Positions 1 through 9,310 of a stretch of DNA of 64,000 nucleotides are shown here, one piece after another. Within the stretch, counting starts at the first letter, position 1. The number at the start of each line of letters is the position of its first letter. This DNA is from an uncultured Pelagibacteraceae bacterium (GTDB lineage: Bacteria > Pseudomonadota > Alphaproteobacteria > Pelagibacterales > Pelagibacteraceae), in contig CACBYE010000004.1 in NCBI GenBank assembly GCA_902543375.1, positions 5,869 to 69,868 on the forward strand, given 5' to 3'. The notes under the pieces were generated by a model. That model ran no database searches and was not told where the DNA came from. It was given only the letters and a program-made list of their open reading frames with translations. The translations under genes were made by a program, and so were the position numbers.

Positions 1-21
1 TGGGTAGAGACACAAACATAA
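1..21 (+). CDS. glyQ: 3' end of probable glycine-tRNA ligase alpha subunit (partial)
   Basis: Open frame WVETQT-stop ending 1 nt before glyS; glyQ-glyS order is conventional. Identity from context only. Confidence 0.55.
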   Translation, partial: WVETQT

Positions 22-22
22 A

Positions 23-2095
23 ATGTCAGAATTTTTTTTAGAGTTGTTTAGTGAGGAAATACCTGCTGGACTACAGAAAAATTTAAGAGAAAAAATTTTT
101 GAGGATTTTAAAATTTTATTTGAGGAAAAATCAATTAAATCAAAAAAAAATTTTTCTTTTTCGACACCAAATAGATTAGTTTTAGTTTTTGAGGGCCTAG
201 ATAAACAAATCAAAATAAAATCCAAAGAGATAAAAGGCCCCAAAACCAGTGCTCCAGATCAAGCGTTAATGGGTTTTTTGAGATCAAACAAAATCAACAA
301 AGAGGATCTATTTAAAAAGAAAACTGAAAAGGATGAATTCTACTTTTACAAAACTGTAGCGACCTCACTTAGAACACATGATTTACTCACTGAATTTATT
401 CCAAAAATTTTAAATAATTACCAATGGAAAAAGTCAATGAAATGGGGTGAATTTGATTTAAATTGGGGAAGACCATTAAAGTCAATATTATCAATATTTG
501 ATAAAAGAATTATAAGTTTTAAATTTCACCATTTAGCTTCCACTAATCAGACTTTTTTAGATAAAGATTTTGAAGATAAAAAAAGATCCTTTGAAAATTT
601 TAAGAAATATGAAAAATTTTTTGAAAATAATGCAGTCATTATTAATCAGAATAAAAGATTAAAAATAATCAATAAATCTTTTTCAAAAATACTGGAAAAA
701 AAAGGGCTAAAAATTAATGAAAATCCTAAATTAATGGATGAGGTAGTAAATTTGGTAGATAGCCCAAATGTTTTATTATGCAAGTTTGATAAGAAATTTT
801 TATCAGTTCCCAAAGAGATTTTGACCTTAACAATGGAGTCTCATCAGAAATATTTTCCAACATTTAATGATAAAAATGAAATTACGAATGAATTTTTAAT
901 CGTAACAAATAAAAAAGACCAAAAAGGACTTATTAAAATTGGCAATGAAAGAGTGGTTGATGCAAGATTAAGTGATGCAGAATTTTTTTGGAATAAAGAC
1001 AAAACTCAAAATCTAGTTAAAAAGGTATCGGAATTAAAATCAATGAATTTTTTTAAAGGTCTTGGATCTTATTTTGACAAAGTTCAGCGAATGAGAAAAA
1101 TTGGTGGAATGATTTCAGATGACTTGTTGATTAGCAAAGAAAAAGTAGAATTGTTAGCATCAATCTGTAAGACCGATCTTACCTCTGATCTTGTTGGTGA
1201 ATTTCCTGAACTTCAAGGACTTATGGGAGGATATTTCTCTGAACATCAAGGATTTGATAAAGATATTTCTCTAGCTATTTCTCAGCAATATTTACCAATT
1301 GGTCTCAATTCAATAGTCCCCAAAAAACCATTCAGTGTTGCATTGTCGATTACAGACAAGATTGATACCTTAGTGGGCTTTTTTGGTATAAACGAGAAGC
1401 CTACAAGTTCAAAAGATCCATTAGCATTAAGAAGAATTGCTCTAGGTATAATAAGAACCATTATAGAAAACAAAAAGAATTTAAAAATAAATGATCTGAT
1501 GAATTACTCTTCACGCCTTTACGATGACCAAGGATATAATCTTGATAATAAAGATTTACAAAAAGAATTATATAATTTCTTAAAAGATAGATTTAGATAC
1601 TATCTTAAAGAAAAAGAAATACGTTATGATATAATCGAGGCTACTTTATCATCATTTTCATTAAATGAATTATTTTCATCTTTTGAAAAAGCAAAATGTC
1701 TAAACAAGGTAATTAAGAGTCAAATTGGCATTGATATCAATTCAAGTTATAAAAGGGCCTCAAACATATTAGACAGTGAAATGAAAAATAATGAAATTGA
1801 AATAAATGATACGACTGATCCTGGCATCTTTAAAACCGATTTTGAAAAAAATTTGTATAAAAAAATTAATGAAATAAAGAAATATTATTCATCTATAAAT
1901 AATGACGAGGACTATGTAAAATCATTATCAATTTTGGCTGAAATTAAAAAAGAAGTTTTTGAGTTTTTTGACAATGTAAAAGTAAATGAGGAAAACGAGA
2001 CCCTGAGAAAAAATCGTTTGGAACTTATTAATATGTTATGTAAAACGTTTCAAAATTATACTAATTTTCAAATGTTAAGAGCGCATAATGACTAA
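23..2095 (+). CDS. glyS: Glycine-tRNA ligase beta subunit
   Basis: ELFSEEIP N-terminus, TPNRL, KSMKWG, EFPELQG, SKDPLALRR motifs. Confidence 0.97.
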   Translation: MSEFFLELFSEEIPAGLQKNLREKIFEDFKILFEEKSIKSKKNFSFSTPNRLVLVFEGLDKQIKIKSKEIKGPKTSAPDQALMGFLRSNKINKEDLFKKKTEKDEFYFYKTVATSLRTHDLLTEFIPKILNNYQWKKSMKWGEFDLNWGRPLKSILSIFDKRIISFKFHHLASTNQTFLDKDFEDKKRSFENFKKYEKFFENNAVIINQNKRLKIINKSFSKILEKKGLKINENPKLMDEVVNLVDSPNVLLCKFDKKFLSVPKEILTLTMESHQKYFPTFNDKNEITNEFLIVTNKKDQKGLIKIGNERVVDARLSDAEFFWNKDKTQNLVKKVSELKSMNFFKGLGSYFDKVQRMRKIGGMISDDLLISKEKVELLASICKTDLTSDLVGEFPELQGLMGGYFSEHQGFDKDISLAISQQYLPIGLNSIVPKKPFSVALSITDKIDTLVGFFGINEKPTSSKDPLALRRIALGIIRTIIENKKNLKINDLMNYSSRLYDDQGYNLDNKDLQKELYNFLKDRFRYYLKEKEIRYDIIEATLSSFSLNELFSSFEKAKCLNKVIKSQIGIDINSSYKRASNILDSEMKNNEIEINDTTDPGIFKTDFEKNLYKKINEIKKYYSSINNDEDYVKSLSILAEIKKEVFEFFDNVKVNEENETLRKNRLELINMLCKTFQNYTNFQMLRAHND

Positions 2096-4751
2096 ACTTA
2101 TTCTAAATTTTAATTCAAAAAACATAAAAAAAATTAAAAATCCTAAAAATTTTCTAGGCGGTAAAGGTGCTAACCTAGCTGAGATGGGAAGAATGGGCTT
2201 ACCAGTGCCACCTGGCTTCACTATTTCAACAAAAGTTTGTGATATATTTTACAATGATAAAAAGAGTTTAAATTCAAAAATAATTAGTCAAATCAAAAAA
2301 GAACTTAAGGTCATAGAAAAAGATGTGTCAAAAAAATTTGGAGATTTAAAAAATCCACTTCTTTTGTCTGTCAGATCAGGTGCAAGAGTGTCAATGCCTG
2401 GTATGATGGATACAATTCTTAATCTTGGACTTAACGACAAGACAGTTATAGCTTTAGCTAACCAAACATTAAATGAGAGATTCGCAAAAGACAGCTATAG
2501 AAGATTTATTCAAATGTATAGCAGCGTTGTTATGGGAGTTGAGAGCTACTTATTTGAGGAGTTGATAGAAAATTACAAATTAACTAAGGGCGTATTACTT
2601 GATACTGAATTAGACGAAAAAGACTGGGATGGTTTAATAAAAGATTTCAAAGACTTAGTTAAAGAAAAAACAAAAAAAGACTTTCCTCAAGATGTTTATA
2701 AACAATTGTTTGGGGCTATTAATGCAGTATTTTTATCATGGGAAAGTAATAGAGCAAAAGTTTATAGAAAACTAAATCAAATTCCATCAGAGTGGGGTAC
2801 AGCAGTTAATGTCCAATCTATGGTATTTGGAAACATGGGAAATGATTGTGCAACTGGGGTTGTATTCACACGAAATCCATCTGATGGTTCAAATGATGTA
2901 TATGGAGAATACCTTATTAATGCTCAGGGTGAAGATGTTGTCGCTGGAACTAGAACACCTCAATACATAACTACAAAAGCTAAAAATAAGGCGAAAGTAA
3001 GCGATCCATCAATGGAGGAGTCAATGCCAAAATTATACTCTGAATTAAACAAAATCCTAAAGAAATTAGAGAGACACTATAAAGATATGCAAGATGTAGA
3101 ATTTACAGTTGAAAATAATAAACTATGGATACTACAAACTCGCTCAGGAAAAAGAACTTCAAAGTCAGCAGTAAAGATTGCAGTCGATATGGTTAGAGAA
3201 AAGTTGATAACTAAAGATGAAGCTGTTTTACGAGTTGATCCAAATTCTTTAGATACGCTATTACATCCTACTTTGGATGAGAAAAGTTCAATTCAGGTAA
3301 TTGCAAATGGTCTGCCAGCATCACCAGGTGCAGCTAGTGGAAAAGTGGTTTTTACCTCTGAAGAGGCTGAAAGATTAAACAACATGATGCAAGATACAAT
3401 TTTGGTGAGAGTTGAAACCTCTCCAGAGGATATTCAAGGTATGCATGCAGCTAAAGGGATTTTGACAGCACGGGGAGGTATGACTAGTCATGCAGCCGTA
3501 GTAGCAAGAGGCATGGGAAGACCTTGCGTTTCTGGGTCAAGTGAGATTGATATTCAATATGATAAAAAAACTTTTAAAACATCCTCAAATGAAATTAAAG
3601 AAGGTGACACAATCACAATTGATGGTTCAACTGGAAGAGTAATTCTAGGTTCTGTTCCAACGGTCAAACCAGAAATATCTGGAGATTTTTCTAAATTAAT
3701 GAGATGGGCTGATAATGTCAGAAAATTGAAAATTCGAACAAATTCTGAAACTCCACAAGATACCAAAACAGCTAGAGATTTTGGTGCTGAAGGAATAGGT
3801 CTATGTAGAACTGAACATATGTTTTTTGATGAAGAAAGAATTTTATCTGTAAGAGAGATGATTTTGTCAAAAACGTACGAGGATCGAACTAAGGCTTTAA
3901 AAAAATTATTACCTCATCAGAAAAATGATTTCATCGAAATTTTTAAGATAATGCAGGGCCTTCCAGTTACAGTCAGATTACTTGATCCACCGCTTCATGA
4001 GTTCTTGCCAAAATCAGAAAAAGAAATTTCAGAAGTTGCTGATGTAGTCGGTGCTGACAAAAAAGAGGTGGTGTCTAGAATAGAAGAACTTCATGAACAA
4101 AATCCAATGTTAGGACATAGAGGGTGCAGATTGGGTATCTCATTTCCTGAAATTTACGAAATGCAGTGCAGGGCAATTTTTGAAGCCTTATCTGATTTAA
4201 AAAAAAAGAAACAAAAAACAGCTATTCCTGAAATTATGATTCCACTTGTTTCAACAGAAGCAGAGATAGAAATAATGAAAGATCTTGTAATAAAAACTGC
4301 GAAAAAAGTGCAAGATGAAAATAAAATTAAAATAGCATTTTTAGTCGGAACAATGATTGAATTGCCAAGAGCAGCAATAAAAGCACACGATATAGCTAAA
4401 CATGCAGAGTTTTTTAGTTTTGGAACAAACGATTTAACACAGACTACATTTGGTATTAGTAGAGATGATAGTGGTAAATTTTTAAATGACTATATTGATA
4501 ATAAAATTTTCATAATTGATCCATTTGTCTCTATAGATGATGGGGTAAAAGATTTAGTAAAAATTGCAGTTGAAAAAGGGAAAAAGCAAAACAATAAAAT
4601 AAAATTAGGAATTTGCGGCGAACATGGAGGGGACCCAGAGAGTATTAATTTTTGTTCAAAGATTGGACTAGATTATGTATCATGTTCACCATACAGAGTA
4701 CCAATTGCCAGATTAGCAGCTGCACAAGCTGAATTAAATAATAAAGATTAG
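2088..4751 (+). CDS. ppdK: Pyruvate, phosphate dikinase
   Basis: GGKGANLAEM, SMPGMMDT, GGMTSHAAVVARG (phospho-His), CGEHGGDP. Confidence 0.98.
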   Translation: MTKLILNFNSKNIKKIKNPKNFLGGKGANLAEMGRMGLPVPPGFTISTKVCDIFYNDKKSLNSKIISQIKKELKVIEKDVSKKFGDLKNPLLLSVRSGARVSMPGMMDTILNLGLNDKTVIALANQTLNERFAKDSYRRFIQMYSSVVMGVESYLFEELIENYKLTKGVLLDTELDEKDWDGLIKDFKDLVKEKTKKDFPQDVYKQLFGAINAVFLSWESNRAKVYRKLNQIPSEWGTAVNVQSMVFGNMGNDCATGVVFTRNPSDGSNDVYGEYLINAQGEDVVAGTRTPQYITTKAKNKAKVSDPSMEESMPKLYSELNKILKKLERHYKDMQDVEFTVENNKLWILQTRSGKRTSKSAVKIAVDMVREKLITKDEAVLRVDPNSLDTLLHPTLDEKSSIQVIANGLPASPGAASGKVVFTSEEAERLNNMMQDTILVRVETSPEDIQGMHAAKGILTARGGMTSHAAVVARGMGRPCVSGSSEIDIQYDKKTFKTSSNEIKEGDTITIDGSTGRVILGSVPTVKPEISGDFSKLMRWADNVRKLKIRTNSETPQDTKTARDFGAEGIGLCRTEHMFFDEERILSVREMILSKTYEDRTKALKKLLPHQKNDFIEIFKIMQGLPVTVRLLDPPLHEFLPKSEKEISEVADVVGADKKEVVSRIEELHEQNPMLGHRGCRLGISFPEIYEMQCRAIFEALSDLKKKKQKTAIPEIMIPLVSTEAEIEIMKDLVIKTAKKVQDENKIKIAFLVGTMIELPRAAIKAHDIAKHAEFFSFGTNDLTQTTFGISRDDSGKFLNDYIDNKIFIIDPFVSIDDGVKDLVKIAVEKGKKQNNKIKLGICGEHGGDPESINFCSKIGLDYVSCSPYRVPIARLAAAQAELNNKD

Positions 4752-4767
4752 TATTTTTTTAAATAAT

Positions 4768-5601
4768 TTAAGCTTCAATTTTAAAGTCGATGGCTGAGGC
4801 ACTATGAGTGAGACTCCCTATGGAGATTCTATCTACACCAGTTTTAGCAACTGATTTGATATTTCTCACGTTAATATTTCCTGAAGCTTCAGTTTCATAA
4901 TTTTTTTTTGCAAGCTTTACTCCAACCTTTAGGTTTTTGATATTCATATTATCAAATAAAACAGTGTCAAATTTTAGTCCATTTATCTCTTTTAATTGTC
5001 TTAGGCTATCTACTTCAACAGTAATTTTTTTTCTTTTTTTATTTTGAATAGCCAAAGAGACTAATTCTTTAATATTTGAGCTAGCAATATGATTATCTTT
5101 GATTAAGTATTCATCACTTAAATTAAATCTATGATTCGTGCCACCACCCAATTTAACAGCATATTTTTGAATTACCCTTAAGTTTGGAATAGTTTTCCTT
5201 GTGCAACAAATTTTGCATTTTTTGCCCACTAGTCTTACAAATTTATTTGTTTTTGTAGCAATGCCAGATAGATGAGACAAGAAATTTAGGGCAACCCTTT
5301 CTGCAATCAAAATATTTTGGGCATTCCCTTCTATAATTGCAATCAATGATTTCTTTCTAGCAAATGTCCCATCTTTTTTCTTTATTATAAATTTTATACT
5401 TTTATCTATTAGAGAAAAACTGTCTTTAGCAAATAAAAGACCAGCTATGACTGCATCTTGATTCAATATCAGTTTTAACTTTATTGTTTTATTGTTTTGA
5501 ACAAGGTTTGAGGTTATATCTCCTGATGGGTATAAATCCTCATTTAGTGCGAGCTTTACAGTATTTCTTATAAAATTTTTACTAAGTTTTATTTCAGACA
5601 C
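4768..5601 (-). CDS. nadC: Nicotinate-nucleotide pyrophosphorylase (carboxylating)
   Basis: TRKTIP, NHRFNLSD, IKDNH, EASGNI motifs; GTG start. Confidence 0.96.
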   Translation of the reverse strand: MSEIKLSKNFIRNTVKLALNEDLYPSGDITSNLVQNNKTIKLKLILNQDAVIAGLLFAKDSFSLIDKSIKFIIKKKDGTFARKKSLIAIIEGNAQNILIAERVALNFLSHLSGIATKTNKFVRLVGKKCKICCTRKTIPNLRVIQKYAVKLGGGTNHRFNLSDEYLIKDNHIASSNIKELVSLAIQNKKRKKITVEVDSLRQLKEINGLKFDTVLFDNMNIKNLKVGVKLAKKNYETEASGNINVRNIKSVAKTGVDRISIGSLTHSASAIDFKIEA

Positions 5602-5607
5602 AAAAAG

Positions 5608-6597
5608 CTATCTACCAATAGCAACCATTTTTTCTACAGATAATCTAGCTTTATTGATAGTCTCTTGATCCATAACTATTTCACCAGTTTCATTTTCTAA
5701 ACAATCTAGTATTTTTGGTAGAGTTATTTTTTTCATGTGAGGGCACATATTGCAGGGTTTAATAAATTCTACATTAGGATTTTCTATTTGAATATTATCG
5801 CTCATGGAACATTCAGTTACCATCATAACTTTTTCTGGCTGATTATCTCTAACATAATTTATCATACCTGAGGTCGAGCCAGCAAAATCACTCACTTTAA
5901 TAACTTCTGGCGGACATTCTGGATGTGCAATTATTTTTATCCCAGGGTTATTTTTTCTAATATCTATTATTTCATTTTCATTAAATTGATCATGTACAAT
6001 ACAAATTCCTTTCCAGGAAATTATCTCAACATTTGTCTGAGATGCAACATATTTAGCTAAATAATCATCAGGTAGGAAAATTACTTTTTTAGCTCCTAAA
6101 GATTTTACAATTTTAACAGCATTAGCTGATGTACAACACACGTCTGTTTCTGCTTTAACGTCTGCAGATGTATTCACATATGAAACAACTGGTACTCCCG
6201 GATATTTTTCTTTTAATAATCTAACATCTTTTCCAGTGATAGATGATGAAAGAGAGCATCCAGCAGCCATATCTGGTAATAAAACTTTTTTATTTGGATT
6301 CATTAATTTTGCTGTCTCTGCCATAAAATGAACTCCAGCCATTATAATTATATGAGCAGAAGTTTTTGATGCTTCAATTGCAAGCGCTAAGGAGTCCGCT
6401 GAAAAATCAGCAATCCCATGATAAATTTCAGGTGTTTGATAATTGTGAGCTAGTATTACTGCATTCTTCTCTTTTTTTAGCTTATTAATTTTATAGATGT
6501 ATGGGGCGTGCACTGACCACTCTATCTCGGGCATCACCTTTGAAATCTTTTTATATATTGGATCAGTTGCTTTTTTTACTTCTTGATTAAATTCCAT
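5608..6597 (-). CDS. nadA: Quinolinate synthase
   Basis: ILAHNYQ, GVHFMAE, AGCSL, YVNTSA, AHPEC, CPHM; ATG at 6597 preferred over ORF-track start 6612. Confidence 0.96.
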   Translation of the reverse strand: MEFNQEVKKATDPIYKKISKVMPEIEWSVHAPYIYKINKLKKEKNAVILAHNYQTPEIYHGIADFSADSLALAIEASKTSAHIIIMAGVHFMAETAKLMNPNKKVLLPDMAAGCSLSSSITGKDVRLLKEKYPGVPVVSYVNTSADVKAETDVCCTSANAVKIVKSLGAKKVIFLPDDYLAKYVASQTNVEIISWKGICIVHDQFNENEIIDIRKNNPGIKIIAHPECPPEVIKVSDFAGSTSGMINYVRDNQPEKVMMVTECSMSDNIQIENPNVEFIKPCNMCPHMKKITLPKILDCLENETGEIVMDQETINKARLSVEKMVAIGR

Positions 6598-6653
6598 ATA
6601 AAAATTTATCAATTTGAAACCTACTTGTCATTGATTTAATGTGGGTCATATTT

Positions 6654-6739
6654 GCGGCCATGCTGAAATTGGTAGACAGGCACGGTTGAGGGCCGTGTGG
6701 ACCTAGTCCATGAGAGTTCGAGTCTCTCTGGCCGCACCA
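6654..6739 (+). tRNA. tRNA-Leu(GAG)
   Basis: Acceptor stem GCGGCCA/TGGCCGC, anticodon arm CACGG-TTGAGGG-CCGTG, long variable arm, GTTCGAG T-loop, encoded CCA. Confidence 0.97.
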
Positions 6740-6744
6740 AAAAG

Positions 6745-7632
6745 TTAAATTTTTAGCCATTCAGGAACATTAATTCTAAAAGATCCTTTTTTGCATTTAA
6801 ATATCTGATTTTTGTCAAAATTTTTATCTAAATATTTTATTAGAGCAAATGGATATTCTTTATTAATTAAGATTTTGCCAATCTCCACATCGTTATTTAT
6901 TATACTTTCACCATCATCTAACTGTCCATTAATTACTTCAATTGGTAGCAACCTTTTGGATAGTTTATTTTTTAGTTTAATTCTAGCTGTATTTTCCTGA
7001 CCAACATAACAACCTTTTTTAAAATCAATACCATTTAATTCCTCAAAATTACACTCTATACCGAATAATTTATTTTTTAATTTATTTAAGTCTTTTGGAA
7101 CTATTCCAAGTTTATGACTTTGAGCATAATAATTTTCAATCTTATTGTCTTTTAAATCAAGTTTTTTCAAAGATAAGTAAAGTTTTTCTAAATTGATAAC
7201 TAATCTAGCACCTAAATTTTTATTTCTTGGATCTAAAATGATCGGATCTTCTCTATACTTAAAAGTAAAACCTAAAACGTCCTTTGATCCTTCAATAGAT
7301 AAATATTTTTCATATCCAAAAGTTGCAACAACAAATTCATTACTTAAGTTGAGAATTTCTACTTTCGATCTTATTTTGTATAAATTTAATTGTTTAAATA
7401 TTTCTTCAGATTGTGACTTTTCACAATCAATAAAATAACCAGACTTATGTTTTATAATTATAAATTCGTATAAAAATTTTCCTTGTGGTGTTAATAAAGA
7501 TGCAAAACAACTATGACTATCATTAACTTTATCAACATCGTTACTGATAAGATTTTGAAGAAAATTTTTAGCATCAGAGCCATTTATGTAGAGTATGGAT
7601 CTGTCTTTTAATATATAAACGCTGTTATTCAT
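6745..7632 (-). CDS. ygfZ: Folate-binding Fe-S assembly / tRNA-modification protein YgfZ
   Basis: KGCYVGQE signature, LTPQGK; likely ATG at 7632 (longer ORF would overlap pyrC). Confidence 0.93.
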   Translation of the reverse strand: MNNSVYILKDRSILYINGSDAKNFLQNLISNDVDKVNDSHSCFASLLTPQGKFLYEFIIIKHKSGYFIDCEKSQSEEIFKQLNLYKIRSKVEILNLSNEFVVATFGYEKYLSIEGSKDVLGFTFKYREDPIILDPRNKNLGARLVINLEKLYLSLKKLDLKDNKIENYYAQSHKLGIVPKDLNKLKNKLFGIECNFEELNGIDFKKGCYVGQENTARIKLKNKLSKRLLPIEVINGQLDDGESIINNDVEIGKILINKEYPFALIKYLDKNFDKNQIFKCKKGSFRINVPEWLKI

Positions 7633-7675
7633 GTTTGATTGATAGTCGTTTTTAATATAATAACTTTTTTTATAA

Positions 7676-8983
7676 ATGTTAGATCTAATAATCAAAAATG
7701 GGCAATGTTATATCAATGGACAATTAGAAAATAAGGATATTTCGGTAAAAGATGGTAAAATTTTAAAGATTGGTGAGATCTCTGAGGATGCTAAAGAAAT
7801 TTATGATGCAAAAAGTCAAACAGTTTTACCTGGTTGTATAGATACTCAAACTCATTTTAGAGAACCGGGTTCAACTGATACTGAAGATCTAAATTCTGGA
7901 AGTAGGGCTGCGGTCGCAGGAGGTATAACGGCTGTATTTGAAATGCCCAACACTAATCCTCCAACATCAAACATAAAAGAATTTCAAAGAAAGTTAGATC
8001 TTGCAAAAAATAGAATGTACTGCAATTATGCTTTTTATTTTGGTGCAACTGCTGACAACGTCAGTCAACTAGCAGAATTAAAAAACTTGGAAGGTTGCTG
8101 TGGTATTAAGTTATTTGCTGGTTCTTCAACTGGAAATCTTTTAGTAGCTGATGAAAAAGATATTGATAAAGTTTTTCAGAATAGTTCAAAAGTTGTAGCA
8201 GTTCATTCAGAAGATGAGGCGATTTTAGAATTAAACAAAAAATTAATTAAAAATGGAGATGTTCATTCTCATCCAGTTTGGAGGAGTGAGGAATGTGCTA
8301 TGTCATCAACAAGAAGAATTGTAAGAATTGCAAAGCAATATAACAAAAAAGCTCACGTGCTTCATATATCAACAAAGCAAGAAATAGATTTTTTATCTCA
8401 GCATAAAGGAAACATTACTTTTGAAATTACGCCCCAACACTTAACTATTTATGCGCCAGACTGTTATGACAAGCTTGGTACATATGCTCAAATGAATCCC
8501 CCTATAAGAGATAAATCTCATTATGATAGATTTTGGTATGCGGTGAAAAATAATTTGAACGATACAATTGGATCAGATCATGCTCCACATCTAAAAGTTA
8601 ATAAAGAAAAAGAGTATCCTAGTTCACCCTCAGGAATGCCTGGTGTTCAAACTTTAATACCCGTTATGCTAAATCATGTAAACGACGGTAAATTATCTCT
8701 CACCCAATTAATTAATCTTGTATGTGAAAATCCAGTTAAAATTTTTGGAATAAAGAATAAAGGATTTATTAAAGAGGGTTATGACGCCGATTTTACTGTT
8801 GTAGATATGAATAGAACAATTCAAATTAAAAACGAAAATATCGAGAGTAAGTGTGGATGGTCGCCTTTTAATGGATTTGAATTTAAGGGTACTCCAGTGG
8901 CAACTATTATAGCCGGAAAAATAAAAATGAAAGATGGCACAATTTTAGGGGAACCCGAGGGAAATCCTTTAGCGTTTAGCTAA
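7676..8983 (+). CDS. pyrC: Dihydroorotase (amidohydrolase family)
   Basis: DTQTHFREPG, MPNTNP, MNPPIR, GSDHAPH, SGMPG. Confidence 0.9.
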   Translation: MLDLIIKNGQCYINGQLENKDISVKDGKILKIGEISEDAKEIYDAKSQTVLPGCIDTQTHFREPGSTDTEDLNSGSRAAVAGGITAVFEMPNTNPPTSNIKEFQRKLDLAKNRMYCNYAFYFGATADNVSQLAELKNLEGCCGIKLFAGSSTGNLLVADEKDIDKVFQNSSKVVAVHSEDEAILELNKKLIKNGDVHSHPVWRSEECAMSSTRRIVRIAKQYNKKAHVLHISTKQEIDFLSQHKGNITFEITPQHLTIYAPDCYDKLGTYAQMNPPIRDKSHYDRFWYAVKNNLNDTIGSDHAPHLKVNKEKEYPSSPSGMPGVQTLIPVMLNHVNDGKLSLTQLINLVCENPVKIFGIKNKGFIKEGYDADFTVVDMNRTIQIKNENIESKCGWSPFNGFEFKGTPVATIIAGKIKMKDGTILGEPEGNPLAFS

Positions 8984-9308
8984 TTTTTCCAGTAAAACTA
9001 TTCACCAATATTACACCAATCACAATTAAGAATAATCCGACAATTGCTTGCCAAGCTAAGGTTTGTTTAAAAAAAATGTAACCTAGTATTGCAATAGTAA
9101 ATATACCAAGGCCACTCCAGGTGGCATAAACAATTGCAATTGGTAATTTGTTCACAACAAAAGTTAGAAAATAAAATGCGGTTAAATAAAATGCAGCTAA
9201 GGCAAAAGTCGGTAAAATCCTGGTAAAATTTTGGGATACTGGCAATAACATTGTTCCAGCAACTTCACAAAAAATTGCCCCAACTAGGAATAAATACGTT
9301 TTTAACAC
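8976..9308 (-). CDS. SMR family small multidrug transporter (EmrE/QacE-like)
   Basis: 110 aa, four hydrophobic segments, membrane Glu in TM1, YATWSGLG. Confidence 0.9.
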   Translation of the reverse strand: MLKTYLFLVGAIFCEVAGTMLLPVSQNFTRILPTFALAAFYLTAFYFLTFVVNKLPIAIVYATWSGLGIFTIAILGYIFFKQTLAWQAIVGLFLIVIGVILVNSFTGKIS

Positions 9309-9310
9309 TA

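Noticed and set aside
6654..6745. tRNA-Leu as an integration site for an island or prophage
   Set aside because: The ygfZ stop lies 5 nt after the CCA; no integrase or duplicated tRNA 3' end was seen.
7676..7900. Dihydroorotase Q-x-H instead of H-x-H as a sign of inactivation
   Set aside because: The DxQxHFREPG variant is common in this dihydroorotase subgroup and the other catalytic motifs are intact.
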